Part shown: positions 30,295 through 40,633 of the stretch, piece by piece
Layout: the number at the start of each line of letters is the position of its first letter
Numbering within the stretch: position 1 is the stretch's first letter
Source: an uncultured Spirochaetota bacterium
GTDB lineage: Bacteria; Spirochaetota; UBA4802; UBA5550
Length of the DNA: 64,000 bases
Reading direction: 5' to 3'
Assembly: GCA_963827275.1 (NCBI GenBank)
Contig: CAWHAA010000002.1
Span: forward strand, 96,001 to 160,000
The notes under the pieces: model-generated
What the model was told of the DNA's origin: nothing
The model's input: only the letters and a program-made list of their open reading frames with translations
Database searches by the model: none
Program-made: the position numbers and the translations under genes

Positions 30295-32553
30295 ATGATA
30301 GTCAGGTGCAACAACTGTAATTCCGCGTTCGCGGTCGATGATTCAAAAGTCGAAGATAAAAAATTCGCCTTCACCTGCCCGAAATGCGATAATGAGAACG
30401 TCATTGACAATCGAAAACAGTCGCCGGCGGGTTTCGCCGGACCGGCGGTGGTAGATGAGGCGTTCGATGAAGCAGATCGGCCGCTGTCGCGGGAAGAGTC
30501 GGCGGCGGATGATTTTTTTGAGGACACCGTGCCGTCACTCGTACCGGATAAAACGGCGGTGAAAGAGACCCCCGTATCCAGGGAGCCCCTGCTTGAAGAG
30601 CCTGGGCTGATGGATCTGGACGACCTGTCCGGGCTTACCGAGCCGGAACGTGCCAGCGGCACGGCATCTTCGACTGAGGGGGCGGAACTTCCTCCGGCGG
30701 ATGACATGCGCGCGGGGGCCCCGCTTGATGACCTGGTTCTCGATGATGAACTGACAGCACCAGAGATACGGGAGAAAAGGCCGGATTCGGACAGCATTTT
30801 CATGGAGGATGATCTGCCCGGCGGTAAAAAGGAGCAGTCGAAACCGGTATTTGAAGAACTCAGTGAAGAGCTCGGCGAATTTAAACATGATACTGATCTG
30901 ATACTGGACGAGCTGGAACTCAAGGAGGAACCGGGGGAACCGGTCAGGCTCGAGAAATTTGACGATATAGATGCGCTCCTGGCGGCCGAGGAAAAGCAGA
31001 AGGAGATCGTGGATGATTTCGAGCCCCTTGAGCTTGAAACCGACGACGTCCCCTCAAAGACCCGTACGACGGACCTTGTTCTCGATGAGGAGATTAAGGC
31101 CGAAGAGATGTACCGTGCTGAAGATGAGGTTCATGACGAGAGCATTACCATAGACCTGGATTCGCTCGACATCGATCTCGAGGAGACCGATAAGGCGGCG
31201 GGACGTAAACGGCCCGGGCAAATGTCAGTACCGGCGGGTGACGCTATGCCGGCGGCGGGCGCCCTCGACGGCGTCCCTGTAGAGGATGAGAATATAACGA
31301 TCGACCTGGATTCGCTCGACATCGATCTGCAGGAGGGCGGGGAAGTATCAAAGGGTGAGAGCCATGAAGAGCTTGGCCTCGACCTGTCCGATTTTTCAGA
31401 GGAAACAATACAGGAGCTTGAAGACGTGTCGCAGGCCCCGGCGCACGTTGAAGACGAGGATATAAAGCTTGATCTTGCCAGTCTCGATATCTCGCTCGAG
31501 GAGACCGATGAAATCAAGCAGGGAGAATCCATCGATGACGATGAAAAGCTGACGCTTGAAGACGCGGGACTGACGCTCGAGGAATTGACCGCCGACGGCC
31601 CGAAGTCTGGCCCCTACCGATCCGGCGGATTGGCCGATGAGAGCGATGACTCCATCAGGCTGAACATCGATGATCTTGATAAAGACGTTGATCTCCAGGC
31701 CATTGAATTGGAGTTGAAGGAAGCTGAATCGATCCTGGCCGGTACCGTCGAAAAAAAGGAGGAGCTCAAGCTCATCGATGAGCTTTCCGATCTTCCCGAT
31801 ATTGATTTTATCGAAGAACCGGCACAGGCTGTTCCGGCGGGTCCGCGGAAAAAGGTCTTCTCCAGAGCAGAAGACGAGCTGATTACAATTGACGACAGGG
31901 ACCGCATCGCTCCCCGCAGGGGCGGGTTGCAGACGGCCATCCCCGACCTGGCGGCGCGTGGCGCGGTTAATTTTTCCATCGATTATTCGATCAAGTATTC
32001 AAGGATCGGCGCCGTTCTCCGCATCCTTGGCCTCTTCTTCATCGGGCTCATCCCGCATGTTGTGGTGTTTTTCATCTATAACATGCTGTCCCTGATACTC
32101 GGCGTTATCAATTATATCGTTGTCATTGCAACAGAAAAGAATGTCGAAGACTTCTCCATGGTCCATGAGAATACGCTCCGGTACCTCCTGTCGATCAGCG
32201 CATCGGCCGCCGGCATAATCGAGGAGATGCCGATAGTTGCGGGGCGGGACAACATCGATTATCCCCTCCAGATGCGGATCATCTTCCCGCTCAGATCATC
32301 GAGGCTCCTGGCGTTTCTCCGGTTGTCGGGGATCGGCATCGTGCTCCTGCTGCTGCCGCACCTTGTGCTGCTGGGCCTGCTGAGCCTCGTGATACCGCTG
32401 TTGTGCCTCGTGGGGCTGCTTTCGGTGCTCGTTACCGGCGGCTGGCCGCACGTGCTGTTTGATTTTATGACGCGCTATTACCGGTATTCCGCACGGGTGC
32501 TTGCGTTCGGCATAGGCATTGTTGACGTGTATCCGCGATTTAAATTTGACTGA
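30295..32553 (+). CDS. Zinc-ribbon (MJ0042-type) + long acidic repeat region + C-terminal membrane domain (DUF4389-like)
   Basis: N-terminal CNNC-x19-CPKC; very D/E-rich middle of roughly 500 aa; C-terminal duplicated hydrophobic unit (SRIGAVLR...IPH / SRLLAFLR...LPH...YPRF). Confidence 0.8.
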   Translation: MIVRCNNCNSAFAVDDSKVEDKKFAFTCPKCDNENVIDNRKQSPAGFAGPAVVDEAFDEADRPLSREESAADDFFEDTVPSLVPDKTAVKETPVSREPLLEEPGLMDLDDLSGLTEPERASGTASSTEGAELPPADDMRAGAPLDDLVLDDELTAPEIREKRPDSDSIFMEDDLPGGKKEQSKPVFEELSEELGEFKHDTDLILDELELKEEPGEPVRLEKFDDIDALLAAEEKQKEIVDDFEPLELETDDVPSKTRTTDLVLDEEIKAEEMYRAEDEVHDESITIDLDSLDIDLEETDKAAGRKRPGQMSVPAGDAMPAAGALDGVPVEDENITIDLDSLDIDLQEGGEVSKGESHEELGLDLSDFSEETIQELEDVSQAPAHVEDEDIKLDLASLDISLEETDEIKQGESIDDDEKLTLEDAGLTLEELTADGPKSGPYRSGGLADESDDSIRLNIDDLDKDVDLQAIELELKEAESILAGTVEKKEELKLIDELSDLPDIDFIEEPAQAVPAGPRKKVFSRAEDELITIDDRDRIAPRRGGLQTAIPDLAARGAVNFSIDYSIKYSRIGAVLRILGLFFIGLIPHVVVFFIYNMLSLILGVINYIVVIATEKNVEDFSMVHENTLRYLLSISASAAGIIEEMPIVAGRDNIDYPLQMRIIFPLRSSRLLAFLRLSGIGIVLLLLPHLVLLGLLSLVIPLLCLVGLLSVLVTGGWPHVLFDFMTRYYRYSARVLAFGIGIVDVYPRFKFD
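31153..31328 (+). repeat. Intragenic exact 26-bp direct repeat (31153-31178 and 31303-31328) within the acidic ITIDLDSLDIDL motif
   Basis: gacctggattcgctcgacatcgatct occurs twice, 150 nt apart. Degenerate protein copies follow (IKLDLASLDISL, IRLNIDDLDKDV). Confidence 0.9.
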
Positions 32554-32570
32554 GGCACGGGGCGCGGCGC

Positions 32571-32972
32571 CTATGCGCCGCGTACGAGCGTAACCAGCAC
32601 GTTCCGTGTCCGGGGCCCGTCAAATTCGCAAAAATATATCCCCTGCCAGGTCCCGAGGGCCAGGCGCCCGTTTTCAATCAAGACCGTCTCCGAGCACCCG
32701 ATGAGGGACGATTTCAGGTGCGCCGAAGAATTTCCTTCCGCGTGGCTGAAATCCACCTGCTCAAACTTGAGGTGGCGCAATCCTTTCAGAATATCAGAGC
32801 GGACTGACGGGTCCGCGTTTTCATTAATAGTGATCGCCGCCGTGGTGTGCGGCGTGTAAATAACGCAGATCCCGTCCTTCACGGTGCTTTTCCCGACTAG
32901 CTTCTCGATCAACCCGGTTATGTCAATCAGCTCGTCGCGGCCGCCGGTCTGCAGCGTCAGGGGTTCAATCAT
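32571..32972 (-). CDS. yjbQ: YjbQ family protein (UPF0047, secondary thiamine-phosphate synthase)
   Basis: HTTAAITINENADP, AHLKSSL, LGTWQGIYFCEFDGPR. Confidence 0.92.
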   Translation of the reverse strand: MIEPLTLQTGGRDELIDITGLIEKLVGKSTVKDGICVIYTPHTTAAITINENADPSVRSDILKGLRHLKFEQVDFSHAEGNSSAHLKSSLIGCSETVLIENGRLALGTWQGIYFCEFDGPRTRNVLVTLVRGA

Positions 32973-32983
32973 GGCCTCCTCCC

Positions 32984-33925
32984 TTATCCATTCACTAAAA
33001 CATCCATCATCCGCCGGGTGCTCTCCGCGAGCGACCGGAGATTGTAGCCGCCTTCAAGGAACGCGATCACCCTCCCCTTGGAAAAGGTGTCTGCCGCGCC
33101 CATGAGCATTCTGGTGAATTCCCCGAAGGCCCCCGTGCTGAGGCGTATCGCTGAAAGGGGATCGTCGCGGTGCGCGTCGAAGCCGGCCGATATAAGGATG
33201 AGTTCCGGCTCAAACCGTCCGATCGATGGCATGACGAGTGAGCGAAACGCCTCCAGGTACTCTTCGTCGCCGCTCCCCGCGCGCATCGGGATGTTAAGGG
33301 TGTATCCCTTCCCCGCGCCGGAGCCTGTCTCCGAGCCCGCTCCGGTGCCCGGGTAGTGGGGGTACTGGTGCAGGCTGATGTAAAAGACTGAATGGTCCAG
33401 CTCGAAGGCATGCTGGGTGCCGTTGCCGTGGTGCACGTCCCAGTCAACGATCGCGATCCTGCCGGTTTCATACCGGGCCTGAAGGTAATGCGCCGCTATG
33501 GCGATGGTGTTGAATATGCAGAAGCCCGCCGCGGTATCCCACTCCGCGTGGTGCCCCGGCGGCCTGACCGCGCAGAAGCCGTTTGACGCCCTGCCTTCCA
33601 TTATCGCATCACACATGGCAAGGGCGCCGCCGACCGCCTGCAGGGCCACGTCATATGAATCGCGGCTCACCGTCGTGTCCATTGCGTCAAGGCAGGTAAT
33701 GCCGCCGGCGATCTCTTCACGGACGCGCTGAATATATGATTTTGAATGGACAAGCTCCACGTAGTTCATGTCAGGAAGGCGCGGCCTGATCTTCACGAGA
33801 TCGCCGTAATAAGGGGCGGCGGCGATTGCGCCGTTGATAGCGGCCAATCGTTCCGGCGTCTCCGGATGACCCGGGCCGGTACCGTGCTTCATAAAGAGCG
33901 GATCATACAGATACGCTGTGGCCAT
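32984..33925 (-). CDS. Zn-dependent histone deacetylase family protein (lysine/acetylpolyamine deacetylase)
   Basis: HPETPERL, RPPGHHA, GFCIFN, DWDVHHGNGTQ, SAGFDAH, LEGGY. Confidence 0.93.
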   Translation of the reverse strand: MATAYLYDPLFMKHGTGPGHPETPERLAAINGAIAAAPYYGDLVKIRPRLPDMNYVELVHSKSYIQRVREEIAGGITCLDAMDTTVSRDSYDVALQAVGGALAMCDAIMEGRASNGFCAVRPPGHHAEWDTAAGFCIFNTIAIAAHYLQARYETGRIAIVDWDVHHGNGTQHAFELDHSVFYISLHQYPHYPGTGAGSETGSGAGKGYTLNIPMRAGSGDEEYLEAFRSLVMPSIGRFEPELILISAGFDAHRDDPLSAIRLSTGAFGEFTRMLMGAADTFSKGRVIAFLEGGYNLRSLAESTRRMMDVLVNG

Positions 33926-33951
33926 AGGCCCTCCGGTATGGATTCACGCGG

Positions 33952-34767
33952 CTATCCCATCGCGACGTCAAGGAACATCATGACCGCGAAACCGAGCATG
34001 GCGCCGACAGTTGACAGGTCGGTGTTCTTATCCTGCTGCGATTCGGGGATCAGCTCTTCCACCACCACGTAGATCATCGCCCCTGCGGCGAACGAAAGCG
34101 CATAGGGAAGGATTGCGGTGGCGACCGTCACCAGGAGCGCGCCGCATATCCCCGCAACCGGTTCGACAAGGCCCGACAGCTGGCCGTACCAGAAGCTTTT
34201 TATCCGTGAAAGGCCGTCGCGCCGCAGCGGTATCGAAACGGCGGCGCCTTCCGGAAAGTTCTGCAGGCCGATGCCGAGGGCCAGGGCGACCGCGCCCGCA
34301 AGGGAGGCGGAAGGGAGGTTGGCGGCGAGCGCGCCAAAGGCGACCCCGACAGCGAGGCCCTCCGGTATGTTGTGAATCGTTATCGCGAGCACCAGCAGGA
34401 CGCTCCGCTGCCATGACGTTTTGATCCCTTCCGCTTCGTCAATGGGCAGGCCGATGTGGAGGTGGGGAAGGACACGGTCGATGCATAAAAGGACGGCGCC
34501 GCCCGTGAGAAACCCGATGACGGCGGGAAGCCACTTCGGCCCGCCGTTCGCGCCGGCCATCTCTATCGCGGGCTCGAGCAATGACCAGAAGCTGGCGGCG
34601 ATCATGACGCCGGCGGCGAACCCGAGCATCGCGTCGAGTATCTTCCGGTTGATGCTTTTGAAAAAGAAGACCATCCCGGCGCCGAGTGCCGTGATCCCCC
34701 AGGTAAAGAGGGTGGCGAACAGCGCGAGGAGGACCGGGTTATAGCTTCGTAATGTCTCCTGCAACAT
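33952..34767 (-). CDS. ZIP family metal transporter (GufA/ZupT-like)
   Basis: [37 protein letters not shown]. Confidence 0.92.
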   Translation of the reverse strand: MLQETLRSYNPVLLALFATLFTWGITALGAGMVFFFKSINRKILDAMLGFAAGVMIAASFWSLLEPAIEMAGANGGPKWLPAVIGFLTGGAVLLCIDRVLPHLHIGLPIDEAEGIKTSWQRSVLLVLAITIHNIPEGLAVGVAFGALAANLPSASLAGAVALALGIGLQNFPEGAAVSIPLRRDGLSRIKSFWYGQLSGLVEPVAGICGALLVTVATAILPYALSFAAGAMIYVVVEELIPESQQDKNTDLSTVGAMLGFAVMMFLDVAMG

Positions 34768-37458
34768 CTATATCATCTCCCGTTCTTATTTTTTTTACCA
34801 GCCAGATGAGCAGCCTGAAGAGCGTGGTCACGAGTGAGAGCCCCGCTACGATGCACCAGATCCGGTAATCGTAGATGGGGGCGGTTCTGAAGAGGACATT
34901 CAGCGCGGGAACATAGACAATCGCGCAGACCATGAGTATGGTGAATGCCAGAAACGGCTTGATGATGAGGTTCGGCAGCCTGATCTTCTGGATTATGCTC
35001 CCGCTCCGGAGGGTAAAAATATAGACCTGGGGTGAAAGCAGCGTTATCGCGAACGAGGCGGTGCCGGCAACCGTCGCATCGCCGGTCAGCGTTCTGACGG
35101 ATATGTACCCGGCGGAAATGGCGATCCCGAACACAATCCCGTCAGCAATCATGTTAAGCCGGTCCCTGGCGAAAAAAATCGGCTCGGACAATTTTGACGG
35201 CGTGCGCTTCATTATCTCGGGGCCGGCGCCGTCGGTGCTTATGCCCACGGCGGGGAACGCCTCCATGATCACGTTCGACCAGAGCAGCTGGATGGCCAGG
35301 AGGGGCGCGGGGAAACCGAGGATGGGATTCAATAGAATGCCCACGACCTTTCCCAGGTTGTTGGTGATGAGATACTGCACCAGCTTCTTGAGATTGCGGT
35401 ATATGATCCGCCCTTCCCTGATGGCGTGCACGATCGTGGAGAAATTGTCCTCCGTCAGAATCACCTCGGCCGCTTCCTGGGCCACCTGGGAACCGGCCCT
35501 GCCCATGGCGATCCCCACGTCCGCCTTTTTAAGGGCCGGGGCGTCGTTCACGCCGTCCCCCGTCATGGCGACGATGTGGTCCTTTTCCTTCAGCTTGCCG
35601 ACGATCCTGAGCTTGTCGATTGGCGCGACGCGCGAATAGACATGGATATGCTCGACCCGCCGCGAGAACTCCTCTTCGGAGAGGGCCTCCAGTTCCTTTC
35701 CGTCTATTGCCTGGTCCATGCCCGACGCAATGCCGACGCTCTCGGCGATGGAGAACCCGGTCTTTTTGCTGTCTCCGGTTATCATCACCACGCTGATGTT
35801 CGCGTCCTTCGTTTCCCGGATCGTCTGTTTGACTTCATCTTTCGGCGGGTCAAAGATGACCGTTGCGCCGAGAAAGGTAAAGCCGCTGATGTCCGACTTC
35901 ATGACGTCGTGTTTGTCCGCGCTCACGGCTTTTTTCGCGAACCCGATGAGCCTGAAGCCCTTTTCGGAGCGCGTGGCGAGGTCGCCGATAATTTTTTCCT
36001 TTGCCTCGCCGTCCAGCGGCGCGGGACGCTTCCCTTCATAGAGCGAATCGCACGCCGCGATGATTTTTTCAGGCGCCCCCTTCATGACGATGGCTTTCTC
36101 CCCGGCAGCGTCCGCCAGCAGGGCGGCCGAATACATCAGGTCGGACGAAAACGGGACCGCGTGCGCCACCGTGAAGGTATCGAACTGGTGGTGCTTGAAC
36201 CCGGTTATGATCCCCGCCTTGAGAAGCGCGATCTCGGTGGGGTCCCCCATCTCGCGCTCGATGATCCCGTCCTTTTCAACCACCTGCGCGGTCGATGTCT
36301 TGACCGATGTCAGGAATATGTCGTGAAAGATGTCCGACTCGCCCTCCGCAATGCTTTTAAACATGTCCCCGGTGGTTAAAAACGATCCGCCGATATAGTA
36401 TTCCTTGACCGTCATGACATGCTGCGTGATGGTCCCTGTCTTATCAGTGCAGATAAAGTCCACGTTGCCCAGGGTCTCCACCGATGAAAGCTTTTTCACT
36501 ATTATTGAATTTTTCGCGAGCCGCTGCACCGCGAGGGAGAGGGCGATGGTAATTGACGCGGGAAGGCCTTCCGGGAAGACGGCGACCATGACGCTGACCG
36601 CGATCAGGAGGGTGCTGAAGAAAGCCTCCCGTGAAAGATTGTCGATGCCGGTCACCCTGAATACGCTGACCACCATGACGAGGACCGCCGACACGCAGGC
36701 GAGCACCACTAAAAATTTTATCTCGGTAGTGAGCTTCTTCTGGAGGGGGGTCTTCTCCTCCTTCACGGTCTGGAGGTTGTCGGCGATCAGACCCATCTGC
36801 GTGTTGGCCCCGGTTGTGACCGCCAGCGCCCTGCCGTGGCCGTCAAGGACCTTGCTTCCGGCGAAAAGCATGTTTTCCATCTCGTACAGCTTGAGTCCGG
36901 TCCGGTGGATCGTTTCATCCTTTTTCCTGATCGGTTTGCTTTCCCCGGTGAGGAAGGCCTCGTCGATCAGTACATTGTTCGCATGTATGATGCGCGCGTC
37001 CGCCGGGATGACATCGCCCGCCTCGAAGACGATGATGTCGCCCGGCACGATGAACCGCGACGCGATGAGCTCGGTGTTGCCGTTGCGGATCACGCGCGAT
37101 TGCGGTGATATCATTTTTTTCAGCTCTTCGACCGCTTTTTCCGCCTTCCGGTCCTGGACGAGGCCCACCACGGTATTGATGACGATGACCCCGATTATCG
37201 CGATCGCCTCGATGTGGTTGCCGATGATGAAGGAAAAGAGGACGCAAGCAGGAGGATGAGGGACATGGGATCGAGGATCGCCCCCAGTATCTTTTGTATC
37301 AGCGTTTCCTTCTTTTTCTGCGGGATCTCATTGAAGCCGTGCGCGGCGAGCAGGTCCTCGGCCTGGTGGTGCGACAGTCCTTTCGCTGAAGAGCCATGTT
37401 CCTTGTACAGCGCTGCGGGATCGGCGGTGTAGAAATGTTCTATGGTGGTGTTGCTCAT
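34739..37458 (-). CDS. Cation-transporting P-type ATPase (type II, Ca2+-like), interrupted by a 1-nt deletion near 37240
   Basis: N-terminal ORF 37195-37458 (KGLS...HGFNEI) joins ORF 34739-37171, which has [36 protein letters not shown]. Confidence 0.88.
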
Positions 37459-37553
37459 CAGGGCCCCCGTCTTGACGGTAGTGTCTCGGCATGGTTTCTA
37501 CGGCCGTATCATACGGCGTATCAGTCTGATTGCCGCTGTCAAGTGCTTTAATG

Positions 37554-37582
37554 AAAAAGGCAACGACCGGGGTCGTTGCCTT
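37554..37582 (-). terminator. Intrinsic terminator downstream of the Loa22-like gene
   Basis: Stem aaggcaacgac/gtcgttgcctt followed by a T-run on the minus strand. Confidence 0.7.
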
Positions 37583-37636
37583 CAATTGTTTTATGCATCC
37601 CCCGCGCAGCGTTGGATGCAGCTGAACGGTGGTAGA

Positions 37637-38110
37637 TTATTTCTTCACAACTATGAAGGTGACGCGTCTCTGGCATTCGTCATTCATATCGCACCGGCCC
37701 GATTCCATGGTGCCGGCAACGCCCTTGTAGGTGAGCTTCCTGTCGGTGATGCCGCGTTTGCGGAGTTCGGCCCAGACGCCGTACGCGCGCTGGGAACTCA
37801 GCGTGTAATTCAACCCTGACGTAACGCCGGCGATACCGCAGGTGTGGCCGGTGACCTGGAGATTGTAGCCCGCCGGTACCTGGGGCATCACTTCTTTCAC
37901 TACCGGGACGGCGGCAAGGATCATGCCGTTCCAGTCTCTCGACGTCGTGGTTTTCCCTAAATCGTATCCGTCAACGGGCACCCGGGCCATCATCTGATTC
38001 AGCGAATCTATCGCCATGTTTCCAGTCTCTTTTACTTCACCGCTTGAGCATGACAGAGAAATGGCGGCCATTGCCATCAATGCCGCTACCATTACTTTCG
38101 TGGATTTCAT
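37637..38110 (-). CDS. OmpA-domain lipoprotein, Loa22-like
   Basis: Lipobox SLSC-SS; AIDSLNQ, PVVKE..PAGYNLQVTGHT, LSSQRA and QRRVTF follow the layout I recall for leptospiral Loa22. Confidence 0.8.
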   Translation of the reverse strand: MKSTKVMVAALMAMAAISLSCSSGEVKETGNMAIDSLNQMMARVPVDGYDLGKTTTSRDWNGMILAAVPVVKEVMPQVPAGYNLQVTGHTCGIAGVTSGLNYTLSSQRAYGVWAELRKRGITDRKLTYKGVAGTMESGRCDMNDECQRRVTFIVVKK

Positions 38111-38431
38111 GCGTCTACCTCCTCTATGTTGGTGTTATTTGGATAATTGTATCATCAACAAATTCATGTTTTATTATGTATTTGTCAAGTTTTTAATGTG
38201 CAATTTTAACGTAATCAAGCTTGTATAATTGTACGTGCGGAAAAGATATGTATAGTATACGCCCACGATTTTTTCTTGACAGCATGGCATCCGCATGAGT
38301 TGTCTCGATGCGGATACAAAATTTATTTCTGTTTGATGTTGATCCGCAGACGCTTCTGATCGCATGGCCGTGGTTGAATAATCGCATAGGGTGATGTTGT
38401 GTATCATGCAGAAATTAGGGAGGAGGAGCAT

Positions 38432-40327
38432 ATGGGAGCCTACCAGCAGGCATACGAAGAATCGATGAAACATCCTGACACGTTTTGGGGACGTGCGGCC
38501 GGGGACGTCGTGTGGTATAAGAAATACAGCGCGGTGCTGGATGATTCGCGGAAGCCGTTTTACCGGTGGTTTGTCGACGGGGAGATGAATACCTGTTACA
38601 ATGCCCTTGACTATCATATAGAGCAGGGGCGCGGGGACCAGACCGCCATCATCTATGACAGCCCCGTCACCGGCGTCGTCAGGAAGATATCGTACCGCGA
38701 GTTACGGGACGAGGTCGCGCGGTTTGCCGGCCTTCTGAAATCGCGGGGGATCAAGCAAGGGGACCGGGTCATCGTGTACATGCCGATGATCCCGCAGGCG
38801 GCGGTCGCCATGCTGGCCTGCGCGCGGATCGGCGCGATCCACTCGGTGGTCTTCGGGGGGTTCGCTCCCAACGAGCTCGCGGTCAGGATCGATGACGCCA
38901 AGCCGAAGATCATCGTCTCTGCCTCGTGCGGAATCGAAGGGAAGAAGACCATCGAGTACAAACCGCTCCTTGACAAGGCCATCGAGCTCGCGAAGAACAA
39001 GCCGGAGCATTGCATCATCTACCAGCGGGAGCAGGCGGCCTCGCCGCTTGTCCCCGGACGGGACCTCGACTGGGCGAAGGAAGCGGGTACGGCCGCGCCG
39101 GCCGAGTGCGTCCCGGTGAAATCGACGGACCCCCTCTATATCCTGTACACGTCCGGTACCACCGGACTGCCGAAGGGGGTGGTGCGCGACAACGGCGGCC
39201 ATGCCGTGGCGCTGAAGTGGAGCATGAAGAACATCTACGGCATGAAGCCGGGAGAGGTGTTCTGGGCGGCGTCCGATGTCGGCTGGGTGGTAGGCCATTC
39301 CTACATCGTCTATGCGCCGCTTCTCTACGGCTGCACGACGATCATGTACGAGGGGAAGCCGGTGGGTACGCCCGATCCCGGCGCGTTCTGGCGGGTGATA
39401 CAGGACCATGACGTCAAGGTGCTCTTTACCGCTCCCACGGCGTTCCGCGCCATTAAAAAGGAAGACCCCAATGGCGAGTTGTTCAAGAAGTATGCTCTTC
39501 CCGGATTCAGATATCTGTTCCTCGCCGGTGAGCGTCTTGATCCCGACACCTATCAGTGGGCGTCAAAACTTCTGAATAAGCCGGTGGTGGACCACTGGTG
39601 GCAGACTGAAACGGGCTGGGCCATCGCGGCCAACTGCATGGGGCTCGAGCAGTTCCCGATCAAGGCCGGCTCGCCCACGAAGGCCGTCCCCGGCTACCAG
39701 GTAGATATCATCGACAGCGACGGGAAGAAGCTGCCCCCCGAGACCGAGGGGCTGGTCGCGATACGGCTCCCGCTCCCGCCCGGGACCCTGCCCACCCTCT
39801 GGCAGAACGACGCGAAGTACAGGGAGTCGTACACGGACATGTTTCCCGGGTACTATTTCACCGGCGACGGCGGGTATGTCGATACGGACGGGTACCTGTA
39901 TATCATGGGGCGGGTCGATGATGTCATAAACGTGGCGGGCCACCGGCTCTCCACCGGTACCATGGAAGAGGTTATATCGCAGCACCCGGACGTGGCGGAA
40001 TGCGCGGTCATCGGCGCGGCCGACGATTTCAAGGGCCAGCTCCCGCTGGGATTTGTCGTTCTCAAACAGGGAGTCAAGAAGGACGATGCCGTTATCATCA
40101 AGGAGCTGGTGGAGATGGTGCGTGATCAGATCGGCGCCGTGGCGGTGTTCAAGCAGGCGGTGGTGGTCAAGCGACTCCCGAAGACCAGGTCCGGCAAGAT
40201 ACTCAGGTCGACCATGCGGAAAATAGCGGACGCCCAGGAATTCTCAATCCCCTCCACCATCGATGACCCGGCCATACTGGGTGAGATCGAGAGCGCCATC
40301 AAGACGCTGGGGTATGGGAAAAAATAG
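38432..40327 (+). CDS. prpE: Propionyl-CoA synthetase / acetate-CoA ligase family enzyme
   Basis: YILYTSGTTGLPKG, ASDVGWVVGHSYIVY, DHWWQTETG, GRVDDVINVAGHRLS, PKTRSGKILR; strong GGAGG RBS. Confidence 0.85.
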   Translation: MGAYQQAYEESMKHPDTFWGRAAGDVVWYKKYSAVLDDSRKPFYRWFVDGEMNTCYNALDYHIEQGRGDQTAIIYDSPVTGVVRKISYRELRDEVARFAGLLKSRGIKQGDRVIVYMPMIPQAAVAMLACARIGAIHSVVFGGFAPNELAVRIDDAKPKIIVSASCGIEGKKTIEYKPLLDKAIELAKNKPEHCIIYQREQAASPLVPGRDLDWAKEAGTAAPAECVPVKSTDPLYILYTSGTTGLPKGVVRDNGGHAVALKWSMKNIYGMKPGEVFWAASDVGWVVGHSYIVYAPLLYGCTTIMYEGKPVGTPDPGAFWRVIQDHDVKVLFTAPTAFRAIKKEDPNGELFKKYALPGFRYLFLAGERLDPDTYQWASKLLNKPVVDHWWQTETGWAIAANCMGLEQFPIKAGSPTKAVPGYQVDIIDSDGKKLPPETEGLVAIRLPLPPGTLPTLWQNDAKYRESYTDMFPGYYFTGDGGYVDTDGYLYIMGRVDDVINVAGHRLSTGTMEEVISQHPDVAECAVIGAADDFKGQLPLGFVVLKQGVKKDDAVIIKELVEMVRDQIGAVAVFKQAVVVKRLPKTRSGKILRSTMRKIADAQEFSIPSTIDDPAILGEIESAIKTLGYGKK

Positions 40328-40367
40328 GACGGCCCCGGCAGTTTCTCTGCAACATCTTGATACCAAC

Positions 40368-40404
40368 AAAACCCCCCACGGGATCTTCCCCGCGGGGGGT
40401 TTTT
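40368..40404 (+). terminator. Intrinsic terminator after prpE
   Basis: aaaaccccccacggg...ccgcggggggttttt GC-rich hairpin with T-tail. Confidence 0.8.
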
Positions 40405-40633
40405 ATTAATGCTACTCATGCGGGCCGTATGCGTTATTCAGTCAAATAGAACTGCAGTCGTCCCGATACTGTTTATTAGGTAATAAATGACGGTAAAATT
40501 GCCATATATCTGAAAACGTCATTGACACGGGCTGTTCTATCGGCGAATTATTAGCTAAACGCGGTGATGATATCTTGGAAATCACCAATGGCGGCTTCGG
40601 GTAATTGCAGTATAATTGCATGAAAGAACCTCA

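Noticed and set aside
31153..31328. 26-bp direct repeats as a possible CRISPR array
   Set aside because: Only two copies, 150 nt apart and in frame within a protein-coding repeat; no cas genes are present.
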